This document shows, piece after piece, positions 1 through 12,164 of a stretch of DNA of 64,000 bases. Location: NCBI GenBank assembly GCA_951406725.2, contig OX597814.1:81840001-81904000 (forward strand). The letters are read 5' to 3'. The position numbers and the translations under genes are program-made. This DNA is from Octopus vulgaris (Eukaryota). The notes beneath the pieces are model-generated. The model was not told the DNA's origin and made no database searches. It saw only the letters and a list, made by a program, of their open reading frames with translations. Within the stretch, counting starts at the first letter, position 1. Every line of letters begins with the position of its first letter.

Positions 1-533
1 TCACGATGTTTCAGACGACTAAGAAGTTTGGGACTTCTTTCAGCTTGAATAACTTTGGAATGGGTAGTTAGGATGTTGTGGTGTCTCCTTACGTATGATT
101 TCATATGGAAGTTTGTCTCACAGCCCTATAGATGGTCATTTTACTGATTTCTCGATCTTGGGCCAACTTCGCCATCCTGCTAAGAAACGAGGTGTGCGTT
201 TTCGGTCACTGAGAGAACTATAAAGCTTTCTCCGAACATCCTGACTTTTCTTCAAATTGGCTACAACTCCAGGAAACAGTAGATTTGGCATACTTTGTTG
301 GCTCTAACATTCTCCCCAGCACTTTTGGCGGCGCGGAATAATTCGGAAATTACACATCTACGGTTTAATTTTTTATTAACATCTGTATTTTATTCAGTCA
401 GAAATAAATAAAATAAAAAATACTACAAGTGATTATTCAAGTTGGTAATATTTAAAACTTAGACTCCAGCAAAATCTATACAATTAGAAATATGCTCATT
501 TGAAACTTGTCCCAATTTACCTGTTACACTCTG
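1..533 (-). mobile_element. Tc1/mariner (maT-like) DNA transposon, 5' fragment running off the window edge
   Basis: The minus strand begins TA-CAGAGTGTAACAGGTAAATTGGGAC (TIR-like). Frameshifted N-terminal transposase-like peptides follow: RRCVISELFRAAKSAG, MAKLAQDREISKMTIYRAVRQ, HMKSYVRRHHNILT, ERSPKLLSRLKH. Confidence 0.6.
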
Positions 534-660
534 TATATATGTACAATAAAACACAAACTAGTGTTATCTTATTTTGTTAGGTTTCTAAACACTTTCCTTG
601 AATATATATTTTATACTCCATGCTCGGTAGTACCTCAGCACTAAGTATATGTATGAAAAA

Positions 661-662
<2 letters not shown>

Positions 663-691
<29 letters not shown>

Positions 692-741
692 TGTATGTAT
701 GTATGTATGTATGTATGTATGTATGTATGTATGTATGTATG
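663..741. repeat. (TATG)n microsatellite, representative of dozens of (TA)n, (CA)n, (TACA)n, (TATC)n tracts across the window
   Basis: Directly visible perfect tetranucleotide array. Confidence 0.97.
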
Positions 742-1244
742 CATGCATATACATAGATACATGAATGCATACACACACGCAAACACACACATACACATAC
801 ACACGCACGCATGTGTGTGTGGTTGTTTGTGTGTGCGTGTGTGTGTGTGTGTATCTGGATACATACTCAAGCTCATACACATATGTATCGCTTAAGCACG
901 AAGCATCAAGTTATATAGATATGTACACATACTATCTCTTTTTAGAAATACATACACTTGTATACGTATATCTGATGTTTTAGACGATGTGCATTCAGCC
1001 GTTCCGTAAACTGCGTTATCTGTTCTTTGAGTTAGCAGGTATTTGACTGAGTATTCCGCAATATATCTATCTTAACGTAATGCTCAAGATGAGGTTTTAA
1101 TTACGGGTATTATCCACCCAACGGTCTTCTATGCAGTTCTCATTCATCCAGTTCCATATATATATATATATATGTATGTATGTGATTATATATATATATA
1201 TATGAATGTATGTGATTATATATATATATATATGTATGTATGTG

Positions 1245-1307
<63 letters not shown>

Positions 1308-1355
1308 ACTATATATAATATATATATACGTATAGATGTAAGTATGTACACATAC

Positions 1356-1394
<39 letters not shown>

Positions 1395-1404
1395 TGTATA
1401 TAAA

Positions 1405-1457
<53 letters not shown>

Positions 1458-1563
1458 ATCCAAACAAGAAAACACACAAAAAAACAACAAAAAACACAAC
1501 AACGCGAGGACGTGGAACAAATAAAGTATTATTGGATGCTCAGGAAAGAAGGGAAGAAGGAGG

Positions 1564-1598
1564 GTTTAACGTTTCGAGCGGAGCTCTTCGTCGGAAAC
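1564..1598 (-). ncRNA. Minimal type-I hammerhead ribozyme motif (U4C variant)
   Basis: Minus strand reads GTTT-CCGACGA-A-GAGC-TCC-GCTC-GAAA-CG-TT-AAAC: stem I GTTT/AAAC, stem II GAGC/GCTC, palindromic AACGTT. An identical copy lies at 18174-18208. Confidence 0.6.
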
Positions 1599-1678
1599 AT
1601 AGGAGAAGGAAAGATCCCGAGAAGGGAAGACGGAGGAAAAAAATCGCCATACATATAAAGTTAAATAAGACCAGTTTA

Positions 1679-1740
1679 TGGGATTACCCTGGGTTTCACG
1701 TCAAAAAGCGCTTAGCTTTATGGCATGTCATAAAATCCCA
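1679..1740 (-). ncRNA. Type-I hammerhead ribozyme motif (degenerate core)
   Basis: Minus strand reads TGGGAT-TTTATGA-C-ATGCCATAAAGC-TAAGC-GCTTTTTGACGT-GAAA-CCC-A-GGG-TA-ATCCCA. The inverted paralog at 2885-2946 has core TTGATGA. Confidence 0.55.
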
Positions 1741-2460
1741 AACCTGTTGGTTTATGGTCTCTCTAGCGAGCGGCCACTCTAGAAAATGGTAGAGGAAAGG
1801 ACCTCGCTACTCAATGTCAGCAACAGGGGATTGTCTCTCTTTGGTTATCGATCGTAAGTGATCCTCTTGTGGGTTCCGATAGGCCAGCAGAAATTTCCTG
1901 AAATGCAAGCACGGTCCGAAGACATCCGTTCTGGAGTTAAGGATGATCCGTGGGTCGAGGGTGCTCGACCCACGCTCGACCAAGGGATCCCTTGGTTTCG
2001 CAGATGACACTGTGAAACCAAGGGATTCGTCTATGAAGCTAAGGTACTGGCCGACCCTAATAGCAGCAGCAACATAAGCAGCTCCCCCAACGGTTACTAA
2101 AGTATCAATAGTAGCAGCAGCAGAGACACGAACAGAACCAGTGGGAGCACCATCGCCAGCGATAACAACAATAACATCAACGACAGCAATGGCAGTGTCC
2201 CTAACGGAAACAGCAAAGGAGCCATCGCCAATAATATCTATACCAGCAGTGACAGCGCCTCCACCAACGACGATGACCATAACAACTACAGCACCATTAC
2301 CAACACCAGTAATAACGACACAATCACCATCGCCACCTCCAGTGACGCCAATACCAACTGCACCAGTACCAACAACAGCGGTAGCAGCAACGCCAACACC
2401 AACAGATAGAGCACCGCCAACACCCACAGATACAGCACCGCCAACACCCGAGCACGGAGA

Positions 2461-2780
2461 TATATCAGTTGCACCGGTAACACATTCAAGCAACACCTTT
2501 CCAACCACAGATCCTCCTTCAAGATACCGAGGAAGAGATATATTACGTCATTAGTCAGCCATGTGTGGCAGCTGAAGGACGACGGTATTCCATACACAAT
2601 ATCATGGAGAATCCTAGAAAATCCAGTCCCTACATAAATGGGATCAAGTGTTGTAAACTGTGCATAGCGGAACGGGTGAGGATACTAAAGGACTCTTCTG
2701 ACCCCGGGAAACATTCTTCACTCTAGAACGAAAGTCTTCGGACCGCGCTTGCATTTCAGAAAATTCATGTTGGCCTATTA
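2461..2780 (+). pseudogene. Penelope-like GIY-YIG endonuclease C-terminal remnant
   Basis: Frame from 2461: YISCTGNTFKQHLSNHRSSFKIPRKRYITSLVSHVWQLKDDGIPYTISWRILE, then a frameshift to SSPYINGIKCCKLCIAERVRILK. This matches the YIG...TFK.R..NH..SF...LS.HVW.LK...W.I...C.LC..E pattern of PLE endonucleases. Confidence 0.7.
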
Positions 2781-3257
2781 GAACCTACATGATAAGAGGG
2801 TCATCTACGATCGATAACCAAAGGTAGACAGTCCTCCATTTTCTAGAGAGGCCGCTCGTTGGAGAGGCTGTAAGCCAACAGCTTTGAGATTTGATGATAC
2901 GCCGTAAAGCTAGCGCTTTATGGACATGAAACCCAAAGTGATCCCATATACTTAGAGTGTGCTTCTTTTTCGGATTTATATTTTACCGACGATATGTGTG
3001 TGTGTGCGCGTGCGTGTGCGTGTATGTGTGTGTATCGTCTTCAAAAATGTAACCGCACGTGGACTCTTGGCGATTTTCCTCCTTCTTCTTTCTTTCCCTT
3101 TGGACTTTACTGCTTTTCCTGTGTTCGAAACGTAAAACAACAACTTTCTTCCTTCACCGAGTGTCACATTGCATGTGCTACGTCCTCACGTTCATTTGTT
3201 TTTTCTTTTTCTTTTGTTCTCTGGTTTTTCATTTTACTACATACACACACACACGCA

Positions 3258-3322
<65 letters not shown>

Positions 3323-3391
3323 GTCTGTATGTACGTATGTATTTTGCATATTTATATATCTATCTATATATTTATATATATCTATATATAT

Positions 3392-3670
<279 letters not shown>

Positions 3671-3684
3671 TATATATATATATA

Positions 3685-4064
3685 CACTACCGTCAGAAAT
3701 TAATTAGCACCCTTGATTTGCTCTTCACTCAAGGTATGTGCTGTCACCTAGTGGCCATATCTCGAACTATTGCTTTGTTGCGAGTTCACTGTTGCGCAGA
3801 ACGATGACGTAACTTTGTTTGCAGAGCAGTTTGAGAGTCTACAGCCTTATGATGTTGACATAGCAGTGCAACAACAACTTGGAGTGCGGATGCAGACAAA
3901 TCTTCCTTTGTTTAATAGATATAGGTAGCGCCTCGCAAGGACCGAAATCACACCATACTAAGTTTTCTCATCGCGTAAGACGTTTTGAACAGCTCATAGG
4001 TTAATTGATTTAACCTATTTAATGTAGAAATTTGAGAAGTGCTAATTAATTTCTGACGCAAGTG
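3685..4064. mobile_element. Tc1-type MITE
   Basis: TIRs CACTACCGTCAGAAATTAATTAGCAC and (reverse complement) CACTTGCGTCAGAAATTAATTAGCAC, each flanked by TA. Confidence 0.75.
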
Positions 4065-4848
4065 TATATATATATAAATGTATGTACATGTATATATGTG
4101 TCCATATATGCACACATATACATATATATATGTATAATATATATGTATGTGTGTGAATGTGTGTGTGTGTGTGTGTGTGTGTGCATGTGTGAATGTGTAA
4201 GTGAGTGTATAAACACGTATACTTGTATACGAATAATAGCCATATACCAATTTGTTGTACAGTTAAAGCTTTTTCCTCAATTTAGAAAAATATGTAAATT
4301 TAGCTCCCTGAAATCTCAAGTGTAACATCATCATTAATGTAGAACATATTGTACGAATGTGAGAAAATTTCTCAAATATAGCGGTAGACGATACATATTA
4401 CCCATAAAACTCACAAAGAGTGTTAACGTCACTTAAATGTAGTGTTATAGTTAACAGACTTTGTATGGTTTTGAATAGTCAATATGTGTCCTCTACGCTG
4501 TAATTGTTTTAGTGTCTGCACACAGACTCAGATCAAATCACTTGTCAGACAAGTACATCTTCAACATTTTTCAAATTATTTTTCATTAAAACGTATTATA
4601 TATTTGCTATTACTTAGTTTCTAGTGATTTTTTACCATATTATCTTCTTTCTCTGCACCCATAAACACTATTTGTTCAGATCTGCTACTACCTACTAAGG
4701 CTCCACAAAGGAAAAGTGTGAGAGACAGAAAAAAGGAAAATGTCCTACCTATTTGAGGATTATGGAAATATTTATAAAACATTTCATTTAATTTTTTCTT
4801 CAATTTAATTGTTTTTCTTCTTAATTAATATCCACCTTGGTTTTATTC

Positions 4849-4886
4849 TTAGTTGAAAAAGTCGAAAGGTCTGAAACCGGTACTAA
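4849..4886 (+). ncRNA. Minimal type-I hammerhead motif, U3:A8 core variant
   Basis: TTAG-TTGAAAA-AGTC-GAAA-GGTCT-GAAA-CCGG-TA-CTAA: stem I TTAG/CTAA, palindromic ACCGGT stem III, imperfect stem II. Confidence 0.55.
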
Positions 4887-4964
4887 CTGTTACAAAATGT
4901 ATTGCATGATAAGATTATTTTAGCATTTTCTACCTTGTTTTATTTTCCTTATATATATATATAT

Positions 4965-5070
4965 CAGTCCCACTGAGTGGCACCTTGGGCAAATGTCTTC
5001 TGCTGTATCATAGGGCCGACCAAAGCCTCGTGAGTGGATTTGGTAGACAGAAACTGAAAGAAACTCGTCG
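4965..5070 (+). mobile_element. tRNA-derived SINE family A, fragment
   Basis: cagtcccactgagtggcaccttgggcaaatgtcttctgct...gaaactgaaagaaactcgtcg is shared with the copies at 14180, 18865 and 47195. Confidence 0.7.
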
Positions 5071-5461
5071 TATATATATATATATCCATACATATGGAGA
5101 TACAAATCCATACCTACAGACACAGTACATAGTCACACACACACACACTCAGACATGCATACTCAAGGAGACAGAGGTATGCACACACATACACACACAG
5201 CCACAAACACGCAAACATTTACATGCATACATACATACATACATACATACATACATACATACATACATACATACATACATACATACATACATACATACAT
5301 ACATACATACATGCGTATGCGGACAAACAATGACCCACACACATGCGCACAAACAAAAAGAACGCAGCTTGGATAACGGACAGAGTCAACAACTACTGAA
5401 AAGGTTCATTATTTACATTATTTACATTCGACGGATATTTGTTCTCATCTTGTTTGTAGTT

Positions 5462-5507
5462 AACACAACGTTTCGGCTGATATAACCTCCAGCCTTCTTC
5501 AGGTGTC
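5462..5507 (-). ncRNA. Minimal type-I hammerhead ribozyme
   Basis: Minus strand reads GACAC-CTGAAGA-A-GGCTG-GAGGTTATAT-CAGCC-GAAA-CG-TT-GTGTT. Confidence 0.7.
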
Positions 5508-5711
5508 TTGGGGAAATTTCGATCCTGGGTTCTCATTCCTAAGGTATTCTTCGATGTTATGGCGTAGTGGTTAAGAGCGCGGGCAACTAACCCCAAGATT
5601 CCAAGTTCGATTCCAAGCAGTTACCTGAACAATAATAATTATAATAGTAATAATAACAATAACATCGAAGAATACCTTAGGAATGAGAACCCAGGTTCGA
5701 AATTTCCCCAA

Positions 5712-5757
5712 GACACCTGAAGAAGGCTGGAGGGTATATCTGCCGAAACGTTGTGTT
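5712..5757 (+). ncRNA. Minimal type-I hammerhead ribozyme
   Basis: GACAC-CTGAAGA-A-GGCTG-GAGGGTATAT-CTGCC-GAAA-CG-TT-GTGTT. Confidence 0.68.
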
Positions 5758-6569
5758 AACTACAAACAAGATGAGGACAAATATCTGTCGAATGTAAATA
5801 CTGTAAATAATGTACATAATTCCTCATCTCTTAAATATAGAACTGTAGTGAAAAGGTTGCCAGACGCAACGAAAATTTTAGCGGTTACGAGAATAATTTT
5901 CGTGCCTGAACATTTATTTAGTCTTGCTCTATAAGCCTTTGGAACTTTGGCGCGATAAATGTTGTATGTACAGAGAGTTATATTGTCCGACGCGTAGTAG
6001 TTTATCAGGCACAATACATTTTGCTTGGCAACTGTAAGATTGTAGTTTACCTCCTGTGTTGAGATCTCATTAGTAACAGTATAACCAGAATATGTTATTT
6101 TTAGTAATATTTGGGAACACGAATGTATACTCAAATATTTTGAAAGGTTTAATGTCTCTGATAGACACCCCTGCTACACATACTAATACGCATACATTTA
6201 TACATGTATGCACAAATAGGCATCGATAGATGCATTTATCTATACGTACTTTACATAAATACAAATATTGTTTATGCTAGTTAAAATTGGTTTCTTTTGT
6301 GATAGGGCATAATTTCGAAAATTTATATATAAAATGACTGAGTTTGAGACTGGTGTGTGATATCGTGATGTATATGAGTTTCAAAATGCAACCAAGCGGC
6401 AAAATTGTTGTAAAAAGGGATTTCAAACGAGTTTCTGAAGCAGATAGTGGTTGCGGTATGCAAGCAGCTCGTTCATTTTTTTTAGGTGCTGCGAGGTGAT
6501 TACCCAGTCACAAGTGATGCAGTTAAGCCTGCGACTTCTAAAGAACAAAGCCTGTGATAATTCTTTCCA

Positions 6570-6775
6570 ACTTTGACACAAAATCAGCGATTTCAAGGGG
6601 AGGAGCTTATCGATTACATCAATCCCAATGCTCAACTATCGATAGAATGCTAACTCATTCTATCGATTGGCGAAGTCGATTTCAGAGGAATTTCGCTATA
6701 GAATACAATGAATCGGGAGAAATATCGTTAGGCATTTGTCCGGAACGCTAACGATTCTGCCAGCTCGCCGTCTCA
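6570..6775 (-). mobile_element. tRNA-derived SINE family B, degenerate
   Basis: ...gaacgctaacgattctgccagctcgccg matches the head of the copy at 21540-21758. Confidence 0.5.
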
Positions 6776-8796
6776 AAACATAACCTGTAATAATGACTTC
6801 TTTATGAGGAATCATAATTAAAATATAGATTTTTCTAGTTTTGAAAACCAGGCGAACTTACTCCACGTAGAATATGCACACCTATTCTGTGTCGATTGAA
6901 TAGAACCTTATACATCCCGTCATTTCTACTCTATAGATACGTACACATGTTTATGAAATATTAAAGGTCACGAGGTAACGATGCTTTCAGTACGAAGAAT
7001 TTAATAACAATCAATACAAATTTCGCCTCATAAATATACAATTTTAATTTCGCGACAACCAGGAATCCTTTACGGGATCCCTTCTACTTGCAAGAGACAG
7101 TAGCTATATTTTTCACAAATTAAACCATATCATCTTGGGGGAAAATGTGGAGGTGTATTGAATAACGTGTTACTAGATACGCAATTCCTGAGAGAAAGAC
7201 AAAATGATTGTTAATGGAATGCTTTTGATTATAGGTCTGCTCAACGGGAGCCGATCTGTAACCAAACAACGGCGACAACGACGACAGCAGTGAATACTTA
7301 GGGGATTTGAAATTACAAAAAAGATCGTAAGTAAATATGACGAAGCATTTAGTCCGGTATTCAACTACTTTTGTTCATACAATAATTTCTTTGAAGTGTT
7401 ACTAAAGTACAAGAAGCTACAATCAGTAGCCATGTTTTCTCTATTTTCTAGTTCATAAAGAAAGTCATAATAGTCGAGTGTCGGCAATACTGTAGAAGAT
7501 TATCATTGCTGCTGTTGTTTATTGTTTACATTTGGTCAGGTTAGCCCTGATTGAGCAAACCATTTGAGCAAAGGCATTATAGCTGTGGTCATTCCGTTTT
7601 TGAGTGAGAGAGATTTGAGTAACATTTGGTTGCTATTTGAAGCCCATCGAGCGGTCACATTGAAGCTTTCTTCTAAGCTCTTTGTGACAGAAGAATCTTG
7701 GGTTTCTGTTCAGTTACTGAAACACTTGATGCTTCTGTTTCACTTATTTATCACAAACTTAGCAAAATAAAGATATGGAGCGTAGAATTTACAAGAGACT
7801 AGTACAAGACAGTACTGTAAAAGTATGACAGCATTTAGGCATGTTTTATACGTGAAAAATACGATTATATAGTAGTTTAGTGGAAGACAATGATAATAAG
7901 TCCTCCCGCAAAAAGAAAAAAAGAAGAAAAGAATACTTCGTGGAATACACCGTAAAAGCAAGTGAAAATATGGAATATGATATTAAAATATAAAATGAAA
8001 CCACAGTATAAAAGTTATACAAGGCCGTCAGCCGATATATAGTATGTTCGTACACCGTAGGAGGCGTCTGTGTTTATGTATGTGTTTTGATGTGGGGCAT
8101 AGGAAATATTATTACATTGAAAGTTTAGCAAAGTGTAGATTTGTGATCAACAGCGTTTGGTAATAGACCCGTCATCAATAAAATTACAGTATATTTGTGT
8201 TCTATAGTATGGAAGCAGACCCGTATCTCGTAGTGTGACAGCAAATTTGTGCTCCACGGCATTATAGTTGATCTGTAACTTAATGCCAGTACAATAGTTT
8301 GTGACGGCATAAAGTTAAATCTGTTACTGATGGTATGACAGTATGAAGGTAAATCTATTTCCGATTATATTACAGTTGGCAAATTTTGGGTGTGACGGAG
8401 ATAAGTCTGTGTCAGGCAGCTTGGAGATGAATAAGATTCCAATTGCTGACACTTTACAAATGACTTCTACCGAGGCCTTAATTCCTTGTTATAGGATAGT
8501 TAGAGGAGGATGGGCCGTGACATGATCTTTGCCAACCCGTTCCACCCACTGAAAATTATCACACATAACAGTAAAACAAAGGCTTAGAATCATTTAAAAA
8601 TCATAATCTTGAGTATAATGTCCGACTCCTCACAATTTTACTCTTATCATGTTACATAAAACATGTATGACTGGAAAAAATTATCTTCTGTGAAGCTCTA
8701 ACAATGAATTAAACGCCAGATTTTCTAAGAGTGTGCAAAAATTGGTTACTTCTGAAATATTCTGAGTATTGCAAGCTTATATTATTGTTTTAATAG

Positions 8797-10046
8797 CTAA
8801 CTCCGTAAACCTGGGCAGCTACTGTCTTCATGCTTTAAAAGAAGTGACATTCTGGAGAAAGTTTTATTGCATGATTTGCATCCATATTTTTTAACGTCAG
8901 AATGTGTTTGTAAATGTGCACGTAGGTTAGAGCGGTCTGCAAATGCCCTTCCACAGTGAGGACATTTAAATGGTTTCTCTCCAGTGTGTGTGCGGATGTG
9001 TCCTTGTAAAAGCCAGGGGCGGCTGAAAGCCTTACCGCACAACTTGCATCGGCAAGGAAGTGTGTGTGTGCGAATATGCATTTTTAAAGCCCCGAGTGAA
9101 GCATACGACTTACAGCAGAACTTACAACTAAATTCCCGCTTCACTTGAGATACGCAATGGAATTGTTTGTGCTTTGATAGACCACCGAAGGTGGCATAAC
9201 TTTTTTTACAAGCCTCGCATTGGTAGCGGGGCGGGTGGTTCATAGGCTGTCGATAATCTTTTCCAATTGAAGTTGAAAGAGATTTGCTTGGAGACGGTGT
9301 TGCAATCGATGTTGAGCTTGTATTCACTTCCAAAATGGGGTTTGTTGGTAAGTTGAAAAAAGAAAGAATACTACTGTCCTGCCAGTGTGTGTAAGGTGTA
9401 GAATGTATGGCAGCTGCCGCTGCTGATAGTGATGATGAAGACTTGTTCTTTTCAAAAGGAGGCAATTGGTGTGGAGGTTGAGAAAATATAGTTGAGTTGG
9501 AATTCGTTAGATTTAATTTACAAAGATTGTCTTTCAAATTTGATTTTTCGAACTGTCCAAAATGTGGATTAAAAGCCGAGAAACATTGCTCAGCAAGTCC
9601 ATAGGTGAAACACGAGCGTGTTTGGTCCATAGTTGTCAGAAAACCATTCTTTGAGTAAGGGGAAGCGAAAAATGGTTCGTACGAATGTATTAAAAGTCTA
9701 TCCAGGTAGTGGGGTATTCGGTGCAGTTCGCTGATATGTGTGGCTTTTGGAATGCAGGTCTGACAATCGCTCAAATATAACGTTGGGATTGATGAGGACG
9801 GTTTCTTCTGTGGTATTGGTCGAAAGGCACTCTCTCTTGTGATCGGTAGTTCGGCTTGAATTTTGTTCGACACTGCCAACGCTGCGGCTGCTAAGGCACT
9901 AGATGGCAACTCATGGTGCTGATACAGAGTTTGGTCCCGGTGTAAATGAGCAATTGGGAACTTACGAACATGGTCAATATATGGAGATTGATTCTGTGTC
10001 AGTTTTGGAATTGGTCGTACAACAGACATTTCTGCTTTAATTTGAT
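8797..10046 (-). CDS. Snail: Snail-family C2H2 zinc-finger transcription factor (Snail/Slug/Escargot-like), main coding exon; first in-exon ATG at 10029
   Basis: Five fingers: [95 protein letters not shown] and a terminal C2[26 protein letters not shown]. These are Snail-type, not Scratch-type. A strong acceptor (polypyrimidine tract ending TTCCAG) precedes 10046; stop TAG at 8797-8799. Confidence 0.95.
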
Positions 10047-11001
10047 CTGGAAAAAAGAAAAAAAAATTATTATTTATTAAAAATAGACAATATGTATGTA
10101 TGTAAGGTTGCATATAACCACACATGTATGTATGTGTGTGAGTGTGTGTGTGTGTATTATGTATCTATGCATGCATGTATGCATATATGTATGAATAAAT
10201 AACTGCGTGGTTTTTTCGTGCTTTTACTATTTAATATCTATTTGATACACACACATGGGCATGCACACACACAACACGTATACGTATACACACACACAGC
10301 ACGTATACGTATACACACACACAACACGTATACGTATACACACACATATACATAAACATACATACATACGCACATACATATATAGATACACACACATACA
10401 CATATATTTAAAGATAGATAGGTAGATAGATAGGTAGATATTAAACATTGGTATTAGGAATATTCAATGTAGTGAACATTTGAACATCTATGCATATGGG
10501 AAATTCGAAATATTTTTGAAAATAAAGGAACAAAAGGAGCAATTACGAAAGACAAAAGACTGGAAATACAGACAACTGCTACCAAAGACAAGAACAACTT
10601 TGTAGAGAACTTTTACTTATATTACATGTTTGCAGCACTGATGATAGAATTGCTGATTTGACTTCCGAATCGTGTTGTGGGTGCTTGTGTTAGAGGATAG
10701 GATCTAGTTTTTTTCATTCGCAAAATATGCATTTTCTAAAAGGAAGTAGAAAATCTGAAAATCGGCCATAATAATTTAGCCTTCCAGTCTCATTGCTTTG
10801 AAGGTATGATGTCGTGGTGAAAAAAAAAATTGGAGAAAATGTTACAGAGGTTTAAAAATCGAAAAAACTTCTATTTTTAACCAATAGCGAGACAGAATTT
10901 TCTGCGTTTAGCGGAGCGGTGTCAACTTTAAGGCTGTACCCTCTGAAATTTATAGTTTAGCACCTGACCTGTTCATTGTAGGTTTCCTATATAAACAGAA
11001 A

Positions 11002-11350
11002 TCTTTATATATAAAAGTGAGGTTGTGTGCTGTCTGTCTCCTACGATTTAGATTCCTAACTACTCCCACATTTTGCGGTGCAGTTTAACCAAAACCGGGT
11101 ATCTTATAGTCGTGATTCATATCGAGCCCTTCTGTACCAACAAGTTTTCCCATTTTTAATGCATTTTTGGCATATATAAGGGAAGTAACTCTCTAAAAAC
11201 TTATTATTAAGTCTCAGAACGTAAAAAGCTACAGTAACACCCCCCTTTGTGGTTAGCCACATTGAGATGGCTATTATACTTTACATCTCTAAAAATGCTT
11301 ATATAGTTATTTCCCTTACAAACCCGAGCAACGCCGGGCGATACTGCTAG
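11002..11350 (+). mobile_element. Non-autonomous Helitron
   Basis: A|TCTTTATATATAAAAG 5' end, subterminal hairpin CCCGAGCAACGCCGGG, and CTAG|T 3' end. The 3' end is shared with 43926-44298. Confidence 0.85.
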
Positions 11351-12116
11351 TACCTAATAAAATCAACATCTATCAACTTACTGTTTCGCTTGCCTCTTCA
11401 TTGATTGTATGTTTTTTTAAATTTGTTATATTAATATATTTGTCTGTATGTGTTTACTTTATGCGTATTTTTGTATCATGTATACCTGTCACGTATTTGT
11501 GTACGTCATTAACATATAAGTGGATGTGGATGTATGTATTCATATATAAAGTTTATATGTATATTTAGGCATTCATGTGTGTGTGTGTGCGTCTGTCTCC
11601 AAAACTCCATAGTTGAGTTACGTTTTCATGCTTGGATTTGTAAACTACAATAAGAGTAACATTGGTCAACAAAGAATTTGTCCCAAATATATGTATCTTA
11701 TATGTTTTTGCACGCAGAATTAAAAATAATAACGTCAAATTATCTGTATCAGCCACAGTTTCTCTGTTCCACGATAGCCTTCTCAGTTCTTGTTATATGG
11801 GTTAAATTTCAGTTAAGCTGTTGAAATGTGAAGCTAACGGTTTAAGAAATACTCCCAATTTAAATTTTTATGAACAGATTTAACCTAGTGAAATCATAAA
11901 TCCAGCTATCCGAGACAATGAGTCCCAAAAATATATGAAATGAAAAATATGTAAAAATACTAACAAACAAGAAAAGCACAGAAAAATACGTAATATACTA
12001 ACACACAGAGACAAGACACGCAGATGAAAAGAGTCTCGTGGTGTGAAGAAACAAGTGTGAAAAATCAACATAGACAACAGCGGCACAGACAACAGTGAAC
12101 CACAACACAGTGTGCG

Positions 12117-12164
12117 GTTGTCATGGTAACAAGCTGCTAATGCCACGCTGTGTGTTGATTGGCT
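12117..12164 (-). promoter_or_regulatory. Candidate Snail proximal promoter: RFX X-box plus NF-Y CCAAT box
   Basis: GTTGTCATGGTAAC (12117-12130) fits the X-box consensus; GATTGGCT (12157-12164) is AGCCAATC on the minus strand. Both lie in non-repetitive DNA upstream of Snail. Confidence 0.45.

Larger units (their letters stand above)
1454..3240. mobile_element. Penelope-like element remnant with diverged inverted pseudo-LTR arms
   Basis: 1660-1975 is a diverged reverse complement of 2690-2950, and 1454-1650 of 3065-3240. A GIY-YIG C-terminal remnant and hammerhead motifs lie inside; the element is flanked by (TA)n and (CA)n. Confidence 0.7.
5405..5845 (+). mobile_element. tRNA-headed, hammerhead-containing non-autonomous retroelement with an inverted 5' arm
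   Basis: Order: inverted arm 5405-5558, tRNA-like segment 5560-5627 (A box TGGCGTAGTGG, B box GTTCGATTCC), (AAT)n, then direct arm 5661-5845 with HHR. A related copy lies at 44299-44631. Confidence 0.75.

Noticed and set aside
1807-2554. Mucin-like Thr/Pro ORF and its antisense Gly/Val ORF
   Set aside because: A degenerate trinucleotide tract inside a PLE remnant; no signal peptide or splice evidence.
5560-5627. Functional tRNA gene (also 44534-44608)
   Set aside because: Acceptor and anticodon stems are imperfect, there is no poly-T terminator, and it is embedded in a repeat. Treated as a SINE-like head.
10047-10125. N-terminal extension MCGYMQ...FFFFFP of the Snail ORF
   Set aside because: It reads through a polypyrimidine tract and AG acceptor, so it is intronic.
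10961-10966. CACCTG E-box as a Snail autoregulatory site
   Set aside because: A single hexamer is expected by chance.
10610-11580. Candidate upstream Snail coding exons (donor GTAAGT near 11381; MPKYTY at 11572; short ORF near 10620-10735)
   Set aside because: Wrong phase or in-frame stops, and no SNAG similarity. They could still be UTR exons.
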